The translations under genes and the position numbers were made by a program. DNA of 64,000 nucleotides from Eledone cirrhosa. Taxonomy: Eukaryota. The DNA lies in the NCBI GenBank assembly GCA_964016885.1, contig OZ024742.1, forward strand, positions 260,958,001 through 261,022,000, in the 5' to 3' direction. Of this stretch, positions 27,081 through 38,806 are shown in pieces (positions within the stretch are counted from its first letter, which is position 1; the number at the start of each line of letters is the position of its first letter). Below the pieces are notes generated by a model that saw only the letters and a program-made list of their open reading frames with translations, did not search any database and was not told the DNA's origin.

Positions 27081-27552
27081 TAGGAAAGAAGGTTGACATG
27101 GTTTGCTATACAAAAAAGGTTTTTAATCTCATAGCTGACAATTGTTTCTCTGAACTGGTAGGTCTAGAGATCGCTATTCGCTTATTTTCGCGTTACTCGA
27201 TCGCCAATACAAAATTATAACCAGTCAGATCTTCGGAGCATGCGAGAATGAAGAAAATACACAGGCAAGAAAAGAATATACAGGCTACTATATGAAGTAG
27301 TAATGGCATTCAATTAGGTGGGGGGTATAATGTATCTAACGTTACGGCGTGTAAAACTAGCTGTCATGAGGCAGAAGTAAGAGTTTGGCATGTACAGAGT
27401 ATCGAAGTGTGTATCAATTTTAAATTATAAAGATAAGCCAGTGTTTACAGTCTTTCTCTTCATCTTCAATAGTATACATGAGTGGGACAACACTGTCAAA
27501 GCTAAATAGTTGTTGAGTTAATACAGAGGTTAACAAAGTAATATACGCATAT

Positions 27553-27615
<63 letters not shown>

Positions 27616-29625
27616 CACATGCATGTGTACATAGACACATACATACACATCAATATACACTCGTACAAAAATATACATACATGCAAAGAGATAAGCGTGC
27701 TAATTGTAATTATTGCAAAAGGAAGGTAAAGTTACATTGTAGTAGTGATGTGAGAAAAACTAGGATTTAGGATCAAATGATGGCAGCAGCTGAGAAGGAA
27801 TAAGTTTGTGGGTAGATGAGGTACTTACAGACATTTGTGTGGTATAGACTTGTGAAGGATATAGTATACTTAATGAAAATTTCTGTGGGTAGTAGGTATC
27901 CTAATTTAAAGCTATGTTGTGTTGGTTCGATTCACGGAGGTTTGAATCTTATGAATTTAGTGGCAATTCTATGTCTGCAGAAGATAGATCTTTCTAACTT
28001 ATTGTTAAGTAGCCTTTTTACATTTTTGAGGATATACAATAGCTCAAGATCACATAGCCCGCAGTGGGACATCCCTGTACTATAGGTTTTAGCAGCCGAC
28101 AACTTCGACCAGTTGATACTGTAGTTAGTGCTACTGTCCTTCAGTTCCCATATTTTTTTGGCGAGGGTTGTGGAACCCATAAGTGCACGGTTTTTCATTG
28201 AGTGTCTGTGCACATACCATTTTTTTTTAAAAGAACTCGCGGTGGATCCTATGTAATTCCAGGTGGAATTACCCGAGATGACCGTGCACATGTACACTAG
28301 GCTCGAATCGAGACATCTGTTCGCCAATGGGTACCTATCTGGTAGATGACAGTTACAGTTTGAGGCGCTATTTTGTGCAGCTTTTACATTCCTGTTTAGT
28401 ACTCTGTTATAAGTGGGTTGTGATATATGCCCAATGGGGTTTTGCTGCTGCGCGTTTGTATGCGCTTGTGGTTGTGATGTTGTGATGTGTTTGTGCTTAT
28501 AATTAGGTGCTACGTTATGTATAGGTGCAGTTGATTTACTAGAGATATTTCTGTGGTTGATCTTGCGTATGTGTGATTCTATGTTTGCTGCTGTTGAGTA
28601 TGAGAGTTTTATAGTAGATCTATTGAGTATTTTGTGATATCTATGCGAGATAGGGAAGTGTTTATCTATTAGTTTAAAGAATGTAGAGGGCAGTCTAGTT
28701 TTTATAGAGGAGTTGAATATTGGGTTGAACCATAGGTATTTTCTTTGTCTGTTTCTTCTATTGTTTCTTGGGTTTACATTATTAGTGTTTTGGCCGTTTA
28801 CTCCAGGTGTTACGTGTCTAACCCTATGTCTAGTCAAGTTATTTCTATTATTATGTGAGCGGTTGGAGTAGTAATTACTAGGATTGTTTACGTTGTCCTT
28901 ATTCACTATATACTGCAGTTTATCTTTATGACCAGCCCTACGTAATGCTGCATTATAATAGTCAGCATGCTCGTTAAAGATTTCTAGGTTTGAGGATAAG
29001 CGGGATATTCGGAGGGATATACTACATGCTATGGACCTAATTATGGATTTGGGGTGATTTGAGTTGTTAGTCCTTCTAGCCGCTATTATTATTTCAATTT
29101 CATCATGGGTAAGATCAGAGTTATTTTGGGCAAATATAAGCACCTTATCTAGGGTAGCTGGGGATATGGATGCATAGTAGTCGTCTATATCAAATTGTAT
29201 GAAGTTACACGTCTCCTATTTTGTATTTTATTGAACCATTTAATTGCCTCGTTAGTGTTGCCCCATAAATTGATTTCTAGTTTACCCTTTATTTGTGTGA
29301 TTACCCTATCTAGAATGTTCTTGCTAATTTTACCTATGTTTTACTTGGATGGGCATATTAATCTAATGGTGGGATTAGTTTCAAAGTTATTTTTGTGATC
29401 CTTCAGGTTAAATGTTGGGTTGCACGGGGTTAGCGGTTCGGTCCTATCTGGAATTCCGAGTTTATTAACTATCTTGAGGCCCTCCATGTTAATGCTGGTG
29501 AGTGTAGATTCATTTGTTTTTTTATATTTTTTATGTAGTTCACGCTGGATAAAGTTATTGTATGTGTTAATGTCCATAGAGTATACGTTTGATGTTTTGT
29601 CTGCTTTTACTATGATACTGTTAGT
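27078..29625 (-). mobile_element. Penelope-like retroelement, 5'-truncated and with the RT core deleted, within (TA)n
   Basis: GIY-YIG domain (LVYMC...YIGST...CGLC...LLN...CRH) in ORF 27932-29143; N-terminal RT pieces (LKDHK...NPTIRLI; DIDDYYASI); hammerhead in the 3' pLTR. Confidence 0.92.
27128..27246 (-). ncRNA. Hammerhead motif in the PLE 3' pLTR, with U4C core and extended stem II
   Basis: ctcgcatgct-CCGAAGA-tctgactggt...accagttcaga-GAAAC-aatt-GTC-agctatgag. Confidence 0.72.
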
Positions 29626-29682
29626 GGAATACCATAACTGGACTTTACCTAAGTGGACTGCATTTAACTATTATTTGTTACC

Positions 29683-29736
<54 letters not shown>

Positions 29737-29864
29737 ATATATCAATGTCAAAACGCTTATCAGCACAGCAACAGATAGGAACAACAACAAAATATGAATA
29801 CGTCCGAGAGCACGCAGGGAGGCGGAGAGAAATTAGACAGTAGAAGTCGCATTGATAGACACAT

Positions 29865-30515
29865 TTTTCAAATGCAGGAGGGCGCTATAGAAGTGGTGGA
29901 TAGCTTCCGGCACCTAGGAGATCAGATTAGCATGGGAGGAGGGTGTTCCGAAGCCATAGTATCTAGAATAAGGACGGGTTGGAAGAAGTTTAGGGAGCTG
30001 CTTCTTCTGTTGACGAAGAAGGGTTTCTCCCTGCGTACAAAAGGCCGGTTGTATGATGCCTGTGTGAGGAGCACAATGCTGCATGGTAGTGAGACATGGT
30101 AGTCAGCAACTGCAGAGGATATGCGACGGCTGGAGAGAAATGAGGCAAGCACGCTCCGTTGGATGTGCAGTGTAAATGTGCGTGAAAGACCCAGCATAAA
30201 TGTGTTGAGAGAGAAACTGTGTCTGAGAGGGATAGAATGTAGTGTACGGGAGAGGAGACTGAGGTGGTATGGACATGTGATGCGCATGGAGGATGACCGA
30301 TGGGTGAAGAAGTGCCAGGAAATGCTGGTTGAAGGAAGACGTGGTAGAGGTAGACCACGAAAAACATGGGCGGAGGTGGTGAGAACAGACCTCAGATCAT
30401 TGAAGCTCACGGTGGAGATGACGAAGGACCGTGACGAGTGGAGAGATGCTGTGCTGAATAAGACCTGTCCCACCCTTGCAAGCAGGGAAAAGTGGACGTA
30501 AAATGATGATGATGA
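29865..30515 (+). mobile_element. RTE 3' fragment, young
   Basis: EVVDSFRHLG...MLHGSETW*...RLRWYGHV...GRPRKTW; (GAT)n tail. Confidence 0.93.
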
Positions 30516-31245
30516 TATATATATATATATATAATGGTCGTGGAGGTGCCATAGCAAAGGAGCACCCAGCACTCACTGTAAATGAGGTTGGTGTTAGGAA
30601 GGGCATCCAGCTGTAGAAATCAAGCCAGCATCACTTCCCGTCCCACCCTTGCAAGCAGGGAAAAAGCGGACGTAAAATGAAATGATGATGATGATGATGA
30701 TGATGATATATATATATACATATATACATATATACATACTATGAAGGTGTGTGGCTGAGTGGTTAGAGAATTGGATTCACAATCTTGAGGTTCGATTCCT
30801 GGACCGGGCGATGCGTTATGTCCTTGAGCAAGACACTTTATTTCACGTTGCTCCTTCTACCTGGAGTTGCAACCGATAGATAGTACTAGCAACTGGAAAG
30901 ACCTGCGGAAACATTGTTTCCTTGGTCCGATTTGACGAAAGTCGATCGTTCCTTTTATATATATATATATACACAGTGAACTTCTGCAAATTTCCTCTAT
31001 GTAACTTCACTGGTGAACCTGAGGTTATAGCAGAAGACACTTGCCCAAGAGTGACACCAGAACCATGCTGCAAATCAAACTCCTTAACCACACAGCCATA
31101 CATATACCTTGCTAAATTTTTACATCTTTATTTTTTTTATATATTTTTTTTTCTTTCTTAATTTATTTCTTCTTATTTTCCTTTTTCTCTTCCTTTTATT
31201 CTTATTTTTTCTTTGTTTTTCATTTTACATTCTTTTATTTTCCAG

Positions 31246-31402
31246 TGTGTCCGCAGTTTGGAGTTGAAACGCTGTGGACCCTACAATACTACTCAGAAAT
31301 CCCAGTCACAGGGGAAGCTAAAATTAGTGTCAGTCCCTCAGAATTCTTTCAAGAATGAATACCATTTGCTGAGTATTCATTCCCCATTTGCTGGCAATAC
31401 AT
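31246..31402 (+). CDS. MFS exon 7, hydrophilic loop (CVRSLELKRCGPYNTT...PFAGNT)
   Basis: Long polypyrimidine tract, tccag| and T|gtaagt; phase 0/1. Confidence 0.85.
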
Positions 31403-32080
31403 GTAAGTAGACACTTCATATATTTTAACATACATTTTTTAAGCAGCTTTGAGGACAAGGAATGAGCTTAGAAACAAGAGAGTAAGTTTTTGGGCTCCAA
31501 GTAAACAAGTGGACTTTCAAAACAATGAGGAAGTGTTTAAATCATTGAGAAATTACTCAACCTACTAATTTTCCCTTCAATAAATCAGCAATACAGTAGA
31601 ATTAGCCTATTACAAGCATGGATAATGTTACCAAATTGTTACATAATTGTTACCAAATTGTTATTATTACCGAAATTAGTGGCCCAAAATCTGCTCAGGA
31701 TATTGTTATCTAAAAATATCCATTCCAAAGTGATCACAATAAGCAACTTTCACTGTACAGTAATATCTTGGTTGCCATATGATATAAGCTTCTAAAAATG
31801 CAGTGCACTATATGGGGTTATTATGATATAGCATAAATAGAAACTCTAGCTTGATAGGCTATTTAACAGTGATATGAATACAAATTAAAAAGATAGACAA
31901 GTCATAACAGCTTCATTGCAAAAATTGTAACAAATAACACAAAATAAGTTACATTACACTTTGCACCTCCTAACCCTTTGAGAGGTTTTTTCCATAACCC
32001 TTTAAATTTGTTAGTAGTATAGCTTAATCTGTTAGCACTGTATAACTAATCATAGTAGTAAGATAATATAATACATTTAA

Positions 32081-32185
32081 AATAAAAAAAATAAAAAAAA
32101 TAAAAAAAATAAAAAAAATAAAAAAAATAAAAAAAAAAAAAAAAATAAAAAAAATAAAAAAAATAAAAAAAATAAAAAAATAAAA
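32081..32185. repeat. (AAAAAAAAT)n 9-mer repeat
   Basis: Visible directly. Confidence 0.9.
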
Positions 32186-32551
32186 ATTGAGAAAAAAAAC
32201 ATGCTATTGTCAAATTGGTAAGACAGTCAACTAGCATGTAATAGATATGTGATTGATACCTCATCTGTGAACCTCTTACTATTTTCTCTCTCAAGTTGGT
32301 AATAACAGCAGTTAATTCATAATTGAAAAATCTTTATGTTGCCTATAATGGTATCATTAAATGTATATAGAAAAATGCACCCAATCCATGCTGTAAAGTG
32401 ATTGGTGATAAGAAGTGCATCCAACCAGAAAAAATCCTGCCAAATTCTGAAAAGCATAACCTACCATACTGTCCAAGCCATGCAAGTATAGAAAAATGGA
32501 CATAAAATGTTGATGATGAAGACAGTTTAATAAAAAGATATAAAACCAGTA

Positions 32552-33648
32552 TATAATGGCGGCGAAGATTCGAAACTGAATCTGAGCTTTCTCGCCTCTG
32601 GGACAAGCCGTGGTTAGTTGTTTCGCCCGGCAGACCAACCCCTTGGGAGATGCTAAACACAGGTTAGATGTTTTTTACGCCTGGCAGAAAAGAGGTCAGA
32701 TGATATATCCATCCTTCTAAATTCAACTGTTGTAAATACAAGGGTTGTTTACGCCCGGCAGACCAATCACTTGGGAGATGCTAACCACAGGTCAGATGAT
32801 ATATCCATCCTTCTAAATTCAACTGTTGTAAATACAAGGGTTGTTTACGCCCGGCAGACCAATCACTTGGGAGATGCTAACCACAGGTCAGATGTTGTTT
32901 ATGACTGGCAGAAAAGAGGTCAGATGATATATCCATCCTTCTAAATTCAACTGTTGTAAATACAAGGGTTGTTTACGCCCGGCAGACCAATCACTTGGGA
33001 GATGCTAACCACAGGTCAGATGTTGTTTATGACTGGCAGAAAAGAGGTCAGATGATATATCCATCCTTCTAAATTCAACTGTTGTAAATACAAGGGTTGT
33101 TTACGCCAGGCAGACCAATCACTTGGGAGATGCTAACCACAGGTCAGATGATATATCTATCCTTTTAACTTCAACCCTTGTAAATACAAGGGTTGTTTAC
33201 GCCCGGCAGACCAACCCCTTGGGAGATGCTAACCACAGGTCAGATGATATATCTATCCTTTTAACTTCAACCCTTGTAAATACAAGGGTTGTTTACGCCC
33301 GGCAGAAAAAGTGAGACCACAGATAAGAGAGGACATATTTCACCAACGCTGTCAATACTCCCTTCACGAAAAACTGTCTGTCCACTAATTTCTCACATGC
33401 CATTCCTACCTGGCTGATTGATTCTTTCAGATACAATACAAATTATATTATATAGTATTCTGTGATACTTGTATTTACGTGGCTCGAAGAACCACCAACT
33501 TATTGTACGAATATTTCATGTTATAGATTTTATCATTCAATATTCAAATTGAATATTGTTATAATAAAATAAACATTGTAACAACACAATCCTGGTATTA
33601 TTCTTTGCATTGAAACCATCATACCAACAATTCCACTTATTCGTTACA
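32552..33648 (+). mobile_element. Solo LTR-like element with an expanded internal tandem array
   Basis: Termini TATAATG...CGTTACA; 4-bp TSD AGTA (32548-51, 33649-52); AATAAA near the 3' end; homologous to 62343-63036. Confidence 0.78.
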
Positions 33649-33674
33649 AGTAAATTGAAGTATTTCTGTTGTAG

Positions 33675-33776
33675 TTCTTTATGTTACTTTCTACCTTGTG
33701 GTCACCAGTGCTTTTGTCCTCATAACAGTTCCTTACAATGCCATGGTGGCAGACAAGTCTCATCCATCTCAGAGAG
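33675..33776 (+). CDS. MFS exon 8 (FLYVTFYLVVTSAFVLITVPYNAMVADKSHPSQR)
   Basis: ttgtag| and G|gtaaga; PY.A..AD.....QRG motif. Confidence 0.92.
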
Positions 33777-33859
33777 GTAAGATCTCATTGAGTAGTATTT
33801 GTACACTCCTGTCTATATCACATATGAAATAATCAGAGAAATATTAAATAATTCAACAG

Positions 33860-34090
33860 ACTGGGTAATATATTGGTTTCTAATTTAGGCATAAAGCCAG
33901 TAGATTGGAGGAGGGGATAGTTGATTATATAGACCCCAGTACTTGATTGATACTTCATTTTATTGATCCCAGAGCAGTGAAATGCAAAGTTGACCTTGGT
34001 GGGATTTGAACTCAGCATATAAAGGGCCATAACTAAATGCTGCAAAGCATTTCGTCCGATGCTCTAATGATTCTGTCAATGCATCACCCT
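33860..34090 (-). mobile_element. tRNA-derived SINE
   Basis: Same core and B-box (gggatttgaactcag) as the other copies. Confidence 0.75.
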
Positions 34091-34701
34091 AGTGAACTGA
34101 AGCAAACTGAAATGATGGGTAACATGACAAGGTAATATTTAGTTCAGTCGTCTGTTGGATTGTTAGAACACTACTGAAGGCTTCATATTCATCAAGGGGT
34201 ACAAAGAAGGATCTCACAAGAAGTATTTCTTCTCACCTTGTATGACTTACAGGAAGACAAGGGCACAAAAGTTATATCTCTGTATGTGGGAAATATCAAT
34301 TCTAATAATATCCACTAGTGAAGGGACATGTCTGTAGAATGCTCAGTTACCACTTGCATCTTAATTTCCTGAGCTAGCTGTTCCACTGAACAAATAGAAC
34401 ATTCATCATCAAACTGGCAGAGGTCCAACAAACAAACAATAATATCCACTATTTCTAGGTCTTCATATAAGTCCATCTATAAGCAATCACAACAAAGTTC
34501 AGATGCTCCACCTTTCATGTAAGTCCATCTAAAAACAACCATTACACTCTTTTGATACTCCACTCTAAAATGTCTAATGAAATTTCAGTACAAATCATGT
34601 ACATTGTAATTTTAAAAATCTGATTATATATGAATTCCTGGTCTCTGAGAATTCTAGAAGATTAAGAAACTGCTTATTGATTCATTTTTAATTGTTTATA
34701 G

Positions 34702-34778
34702 GTTTTATATCTGGTGTAATGTCAACCTTAATTTTGGTGGGAAATGTCTCAGGTGCTGCTTTAGGAATATGCTACGAA
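34702..34778 (+). CDS. MFS exon 9 (GFISGVMSTLILVGNVSGAALGICYE)
   Basis: ttatag| and GAA|gtaagt; Gly-rich TM helix. Confidence 0.9.
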
Positions 34779-35159
34779 GTAAGTGAAATTACAGGAATAT
34801 TCTAGTATAATTTTTATTTTTAATATATATATATCTTTGTCATTGATTTACATCTGTTTTTTCATTGTTATATGTATGAACCTGTAATTCCTGATAGCGT
34901 TGTAGGGATGCCATAGTCACATGGTATTTCTCCAGGTTTGAATGCAGCTGATTTCTTTCAGAAAAGGAGAGAGAGAGTGATAGAGAGAAGAAGTAAGAAA
35001 GAGACATAAATGAAGAATCAACCCCAATACTGGAGTGACTCTTTATTTATGAAATGATGAAAAGCAAAGTTGATCTCACAAGATTTGAATTCAGAAAACC
35101 AGAATGAATATCATAAATCATTCTATCCAGCATTTTAATGGCTCTGCCGACTAGCCTGA

Positions 35160-36605
35160 TCACCATCATTATCATCGGGTCCTTCTCAGCATAGCATCTC
35201 TCCACTTGTCACATTCCTTTGTCATCTCCATTGTGAGTCTCAGTGATTGGAGGTCAGCTCTCACAACCTCTGCTCAGGTCTTTCTTGATCTACCATTACT
35301 GAAGCTTCCTTCCACTGGCATTTCAGATTCCTCTTAAGCCCAGCCTCTCCCTCAACTCGTCAAAGCTCTGCCTTTCTCTCACACTTACATTGCTCATCCA
35401 ATGGAGCATGGTTGCTTTATTTCTTTCCAGTCTATGCATGCCCTCTGTAGTTACAGACTATGTTTCACACAGGTATCATACAGTAATCCTTTTGTACATA
35501 GGGGGAAACCTTTTATGGTCAACAGTGGGAGTAGCTCTCTAAACTTTTTCCATCCTATCCTTATTCTAGCTATTATGCTCTCAGAGCACCCTCCTCCATT
35601 GCTAATTATGTCACCTTGATAGCAGAAGCTATCAACAACTTCTATGGGTCCTTCCTGTGTCTGGAATAGGTTTACATCACTGGCTCTCTTCCCCTCAGTT
35701 ATCCCTGAGCATCTTCTACAAACAAAGTCTTCCCTTCCTGTTAGTCTACCTGTTGTCCCACTACATCTGTGTACCTAAGATTTACATTGTGTAAATCATA
35801 TGTAATTTATGCTTACTCCCTTTCTACATATTGTGTAGGGCCACTTCCCTGAAGGAATCAGAGTTCTATCTTTAGTTTTGGCTAAGTTTAGTCCCAGACC
35901 TTTCAATTCTAAATTCTGTTTCCATAGTTGGAACTTATTTTCTAGTTCTTCAATGGATTCAGCTATAAGGACCAGATCATCTGCATAGAACAGTTCACAT
36001 GGGCAGCCAGTCTTAAACTCCTCTATTATAGCCTGGAGAACTATAAATTATAGTGGGCTAAGAACTGAACCCTGATGAACTCCTACTTGTACCTTGAATA
36101 CCTCACTAAACTCATTTCCTACTCTCACTTTACTGAACTCTCTGTACATGGCTTGCACTGTTCACACAAGTCATTTTTCTGCACCTATTTTTCCTAAGGA
36201 CCATAACAGATTGAGGTACTCTGTCAAATGCTTTTTCTAGATCAACAAAAGCTAAATATAGTGGCTTATTTTGGGCTAAGAATTTCTTTTGTAGTTACCT
36301 CACTAAAAAGATGGCATCTGTAGTACTTTTCCCAGGCATGAAACCAAACTGCATCTCATCTAATTTGACTCTTTCCCTAATTAGGTGGGCTATAACTCTT
36401 TCCATCTCTTTCATAACTTGGTACATTAGTTTTATTCTCTATAGTTGCTCCTTTCTAGGGTATCACCTTTGCCCTTATAGCAATTTATGATTGTACTGGT
36501 GTGCCAGTCATTGGGTATGACTTCATCCTGTATTATCTGATAGACTATGTGGGTTATATCTCAACAACTATCTCTGATGGTCCTGCACCTTTACCATTTT
36601 TCATC
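35160..36605 (-). mobile_element. Decayed RTE LINE (RT + PHD)
   Basis: Reverse complement aligns by eye to 59.5-61.0 kb (MQFGF, DLEKAFD, VHQGSVLSP). Confidence 0.88.
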
Positions 36606-36879
36606 TCTCATCTCTTTGATACACATATATATATATAAATATAAGATATGGCCACCATCCCATCTGGGAGGACAGTAGCTCTGATAAAGTACTAACTTGG
36701 CTGGAAATGTCCTGTCCAACCCATACCACCCACAAAAGCTGGACGTTAAACGATAATTTTGTTCATAGGGGTGATATATATATCACCCCTCTGCACAAAA
36801 TTGTATTGACTAGGTGGGTGGTTGAAGTAGAAGATGCTTATGTTTCACATATTTAATTTTTACTTGTGAAGCTTTGCTA

Positions 36880-38135
36880 TATCATCATCATCATCATCAT
36901 CATCATCATCGTTTAACGTCCATGTTCCACGCTTGCATGGGTTTGGACGGGAGTTTTCCCACTTGAGGCAAGAGTGGTTGTCTTGCTGGCATAGGACTGT
37001 CTGGCGGGTTTTCTACAGCTGGATGCCCTTCCTAACATCAACCACATTTACAGTGTGGAACTGGGAGGTTTTTACCGTGTTACCTACACGGCCACATTAC
37101 AGCGTGGACTGTGTGTTTTTTTGTCGTGACACCTACACGATCTCATTTGTTTCGGCCTGGATGTTGTGGCACCAACATAACTTTACATTGAAAGGGGCGG
37201 TGTGGATGGGGTGGGGGTGGTGGGACGGGGGTGTATTTTGTTAGAGGTGCCTACTGACTGTAATAGGTTTCACTTTGCACTTAGGTAAGGCGGGTCTTCT
37301 CTATTACTGTGTAGCGCCAAAGATCTCGGTCCAGTGACATTGTCTTGGAGAGGTGTAAGTGTGTGAGGTCGGAATTTATCAGGTCGTCCCAGGTTTTTCT
37401 GGGTCTGCCTACTCTGTGGCTACCGTCTATCTTTATTGCCCTGCACTTTTTTATACAGCTGTCGTCTTTCATGCGCATCACGTGACCATACCAACGTAGC
37501 CTTCTCTCGAGTAAACAACATCTGATCCCTCTTATTTCTAATTTTTCCCTTAGTTCGTTTATGCTTTGCCGTTCGCGTATATTACTGTTACACATCCAGC
37601 AGAGCATGCAAGCTTCGTTCCTCTCTAGTCTGCGTATATCCTCTGCACACAATGCCCAGGTCTCACTGCCATGCAACATTGCTGTTCGTATGCAGGCATC
37701 ATACAGCCTGCCTTTCATTTTTAGGGAGAACCCTTTAGCGGCTAATAGTGATATAAGCTCTCTGAACTTTTTCCATCCAGTTCTGACTCTAGCTACTGTA
37801 CTTTCAGAGAACCCTCCCCCACTGCTGATTTTGTCACCCAGGTAACGGAAGCTGTCCACTATTTCTATAGAACCCTCTGCGCAATTGAAAGAGCTAGTAT
37901 TCTGTGGGCACTTGCTGCTACTTATTGCACCAGAGCACCGGCCACATGTAAAATCTATGTTCTTAGTTAGCTTACCTGTGATCCCACTACATCTTTTATG
38001 CACCCATACTTTGCATTTGGGACATAAAATGGAGTTTCTACCTACGCCTTTCCTACACACTGAGCATGGCCATGGCCATAAGACTTTAGTCTTAGCCAGG
38101 TTAATTTTAAGGCCTTTTGATTCTAGGCGTGCTTC
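36880..38135 (-). mobile_element. RTE 3' part with PHD-like finger, 3' UTR and (GAT)n tail
   Basis: WPCSVCRKGVGRNSILCPKCKVWVHKRC...RLRWYGHV...GRPRKTW. Confidence 0.95.
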
Positions 38136-38136
38136 C

Positions 38137-38173
<37 letters not shown>

Positions 38174-38360
38174 ACAGCATCTTAGGTAATAAGTTTGTTG
38201 TGTTACTAATGCAATACAAGTTATTGACAAGAGAGTGAAGAAATTTGATGTTTCCATTATTGAAGTTTGTTGCCTTATGCTGTTTATGAATAAAGAAATT
38301 ATTGATATCTACATATGACCTTCTCAATTACCATCATTGTATATATGTATATATATATAT

Positions 38361-38518
38361 ATTTGAAATGTAGTCTACATTTTGAATTTCATATTTTCTC
38401 AATACCTCTTAAGTCAACCATATATATATAAATATTTGCTCTACGGTTCTTATATATTTGATATGTATTTATCCTTAACGAGCCCTCTTTGGATTTTAGT
38501 GTTCAAATTTACTATTAT

Positions 38519-38566
<48 letters not shown>

Positions 38567-38625
38567 GGTTGACTTAAGAGGTATTGAGAAAATATGAAAT
38601 TCAAAATGTAGACTACATTTCAAAT
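38361..38625. repeat. Inverted repeat with ~70-bp near-perfect arms
   Basis: atttgaaatgtagtctac...gtcaaccata versus tatggttgac...gtagactacatttcaaat. Confidence 0.92.
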
Positions 38626-38678
38626 TCATCTTTCTATCTATCTAATCATCTTTCTCTCTCTCTCTGTATATATATATA

Positions 38679-38774
38679 TATTCATTAGTTAAGCAAAACA
38701 AGACCACAAATTTCACAAGGAAGACATTATTAAAAGATTGTCAACATATTTTAGTTTGATGTAAGGAATGTAGA

Positions 38775-38806
<32 letters not shown>

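Noticed and set aside
32612-33310. CRISPR-like alternation of repeat modules
   Set aside because: The intervening segments are themselves repeated rather than unique spacers, there are no cas genes, and the array lies within a eukaryotic LTR-like element.
37281-38327. 348-aa ORF as a host PHD gene
   Set aside because: A truncated RTE read through a (TA)n tract from unrelated upstream sequence.
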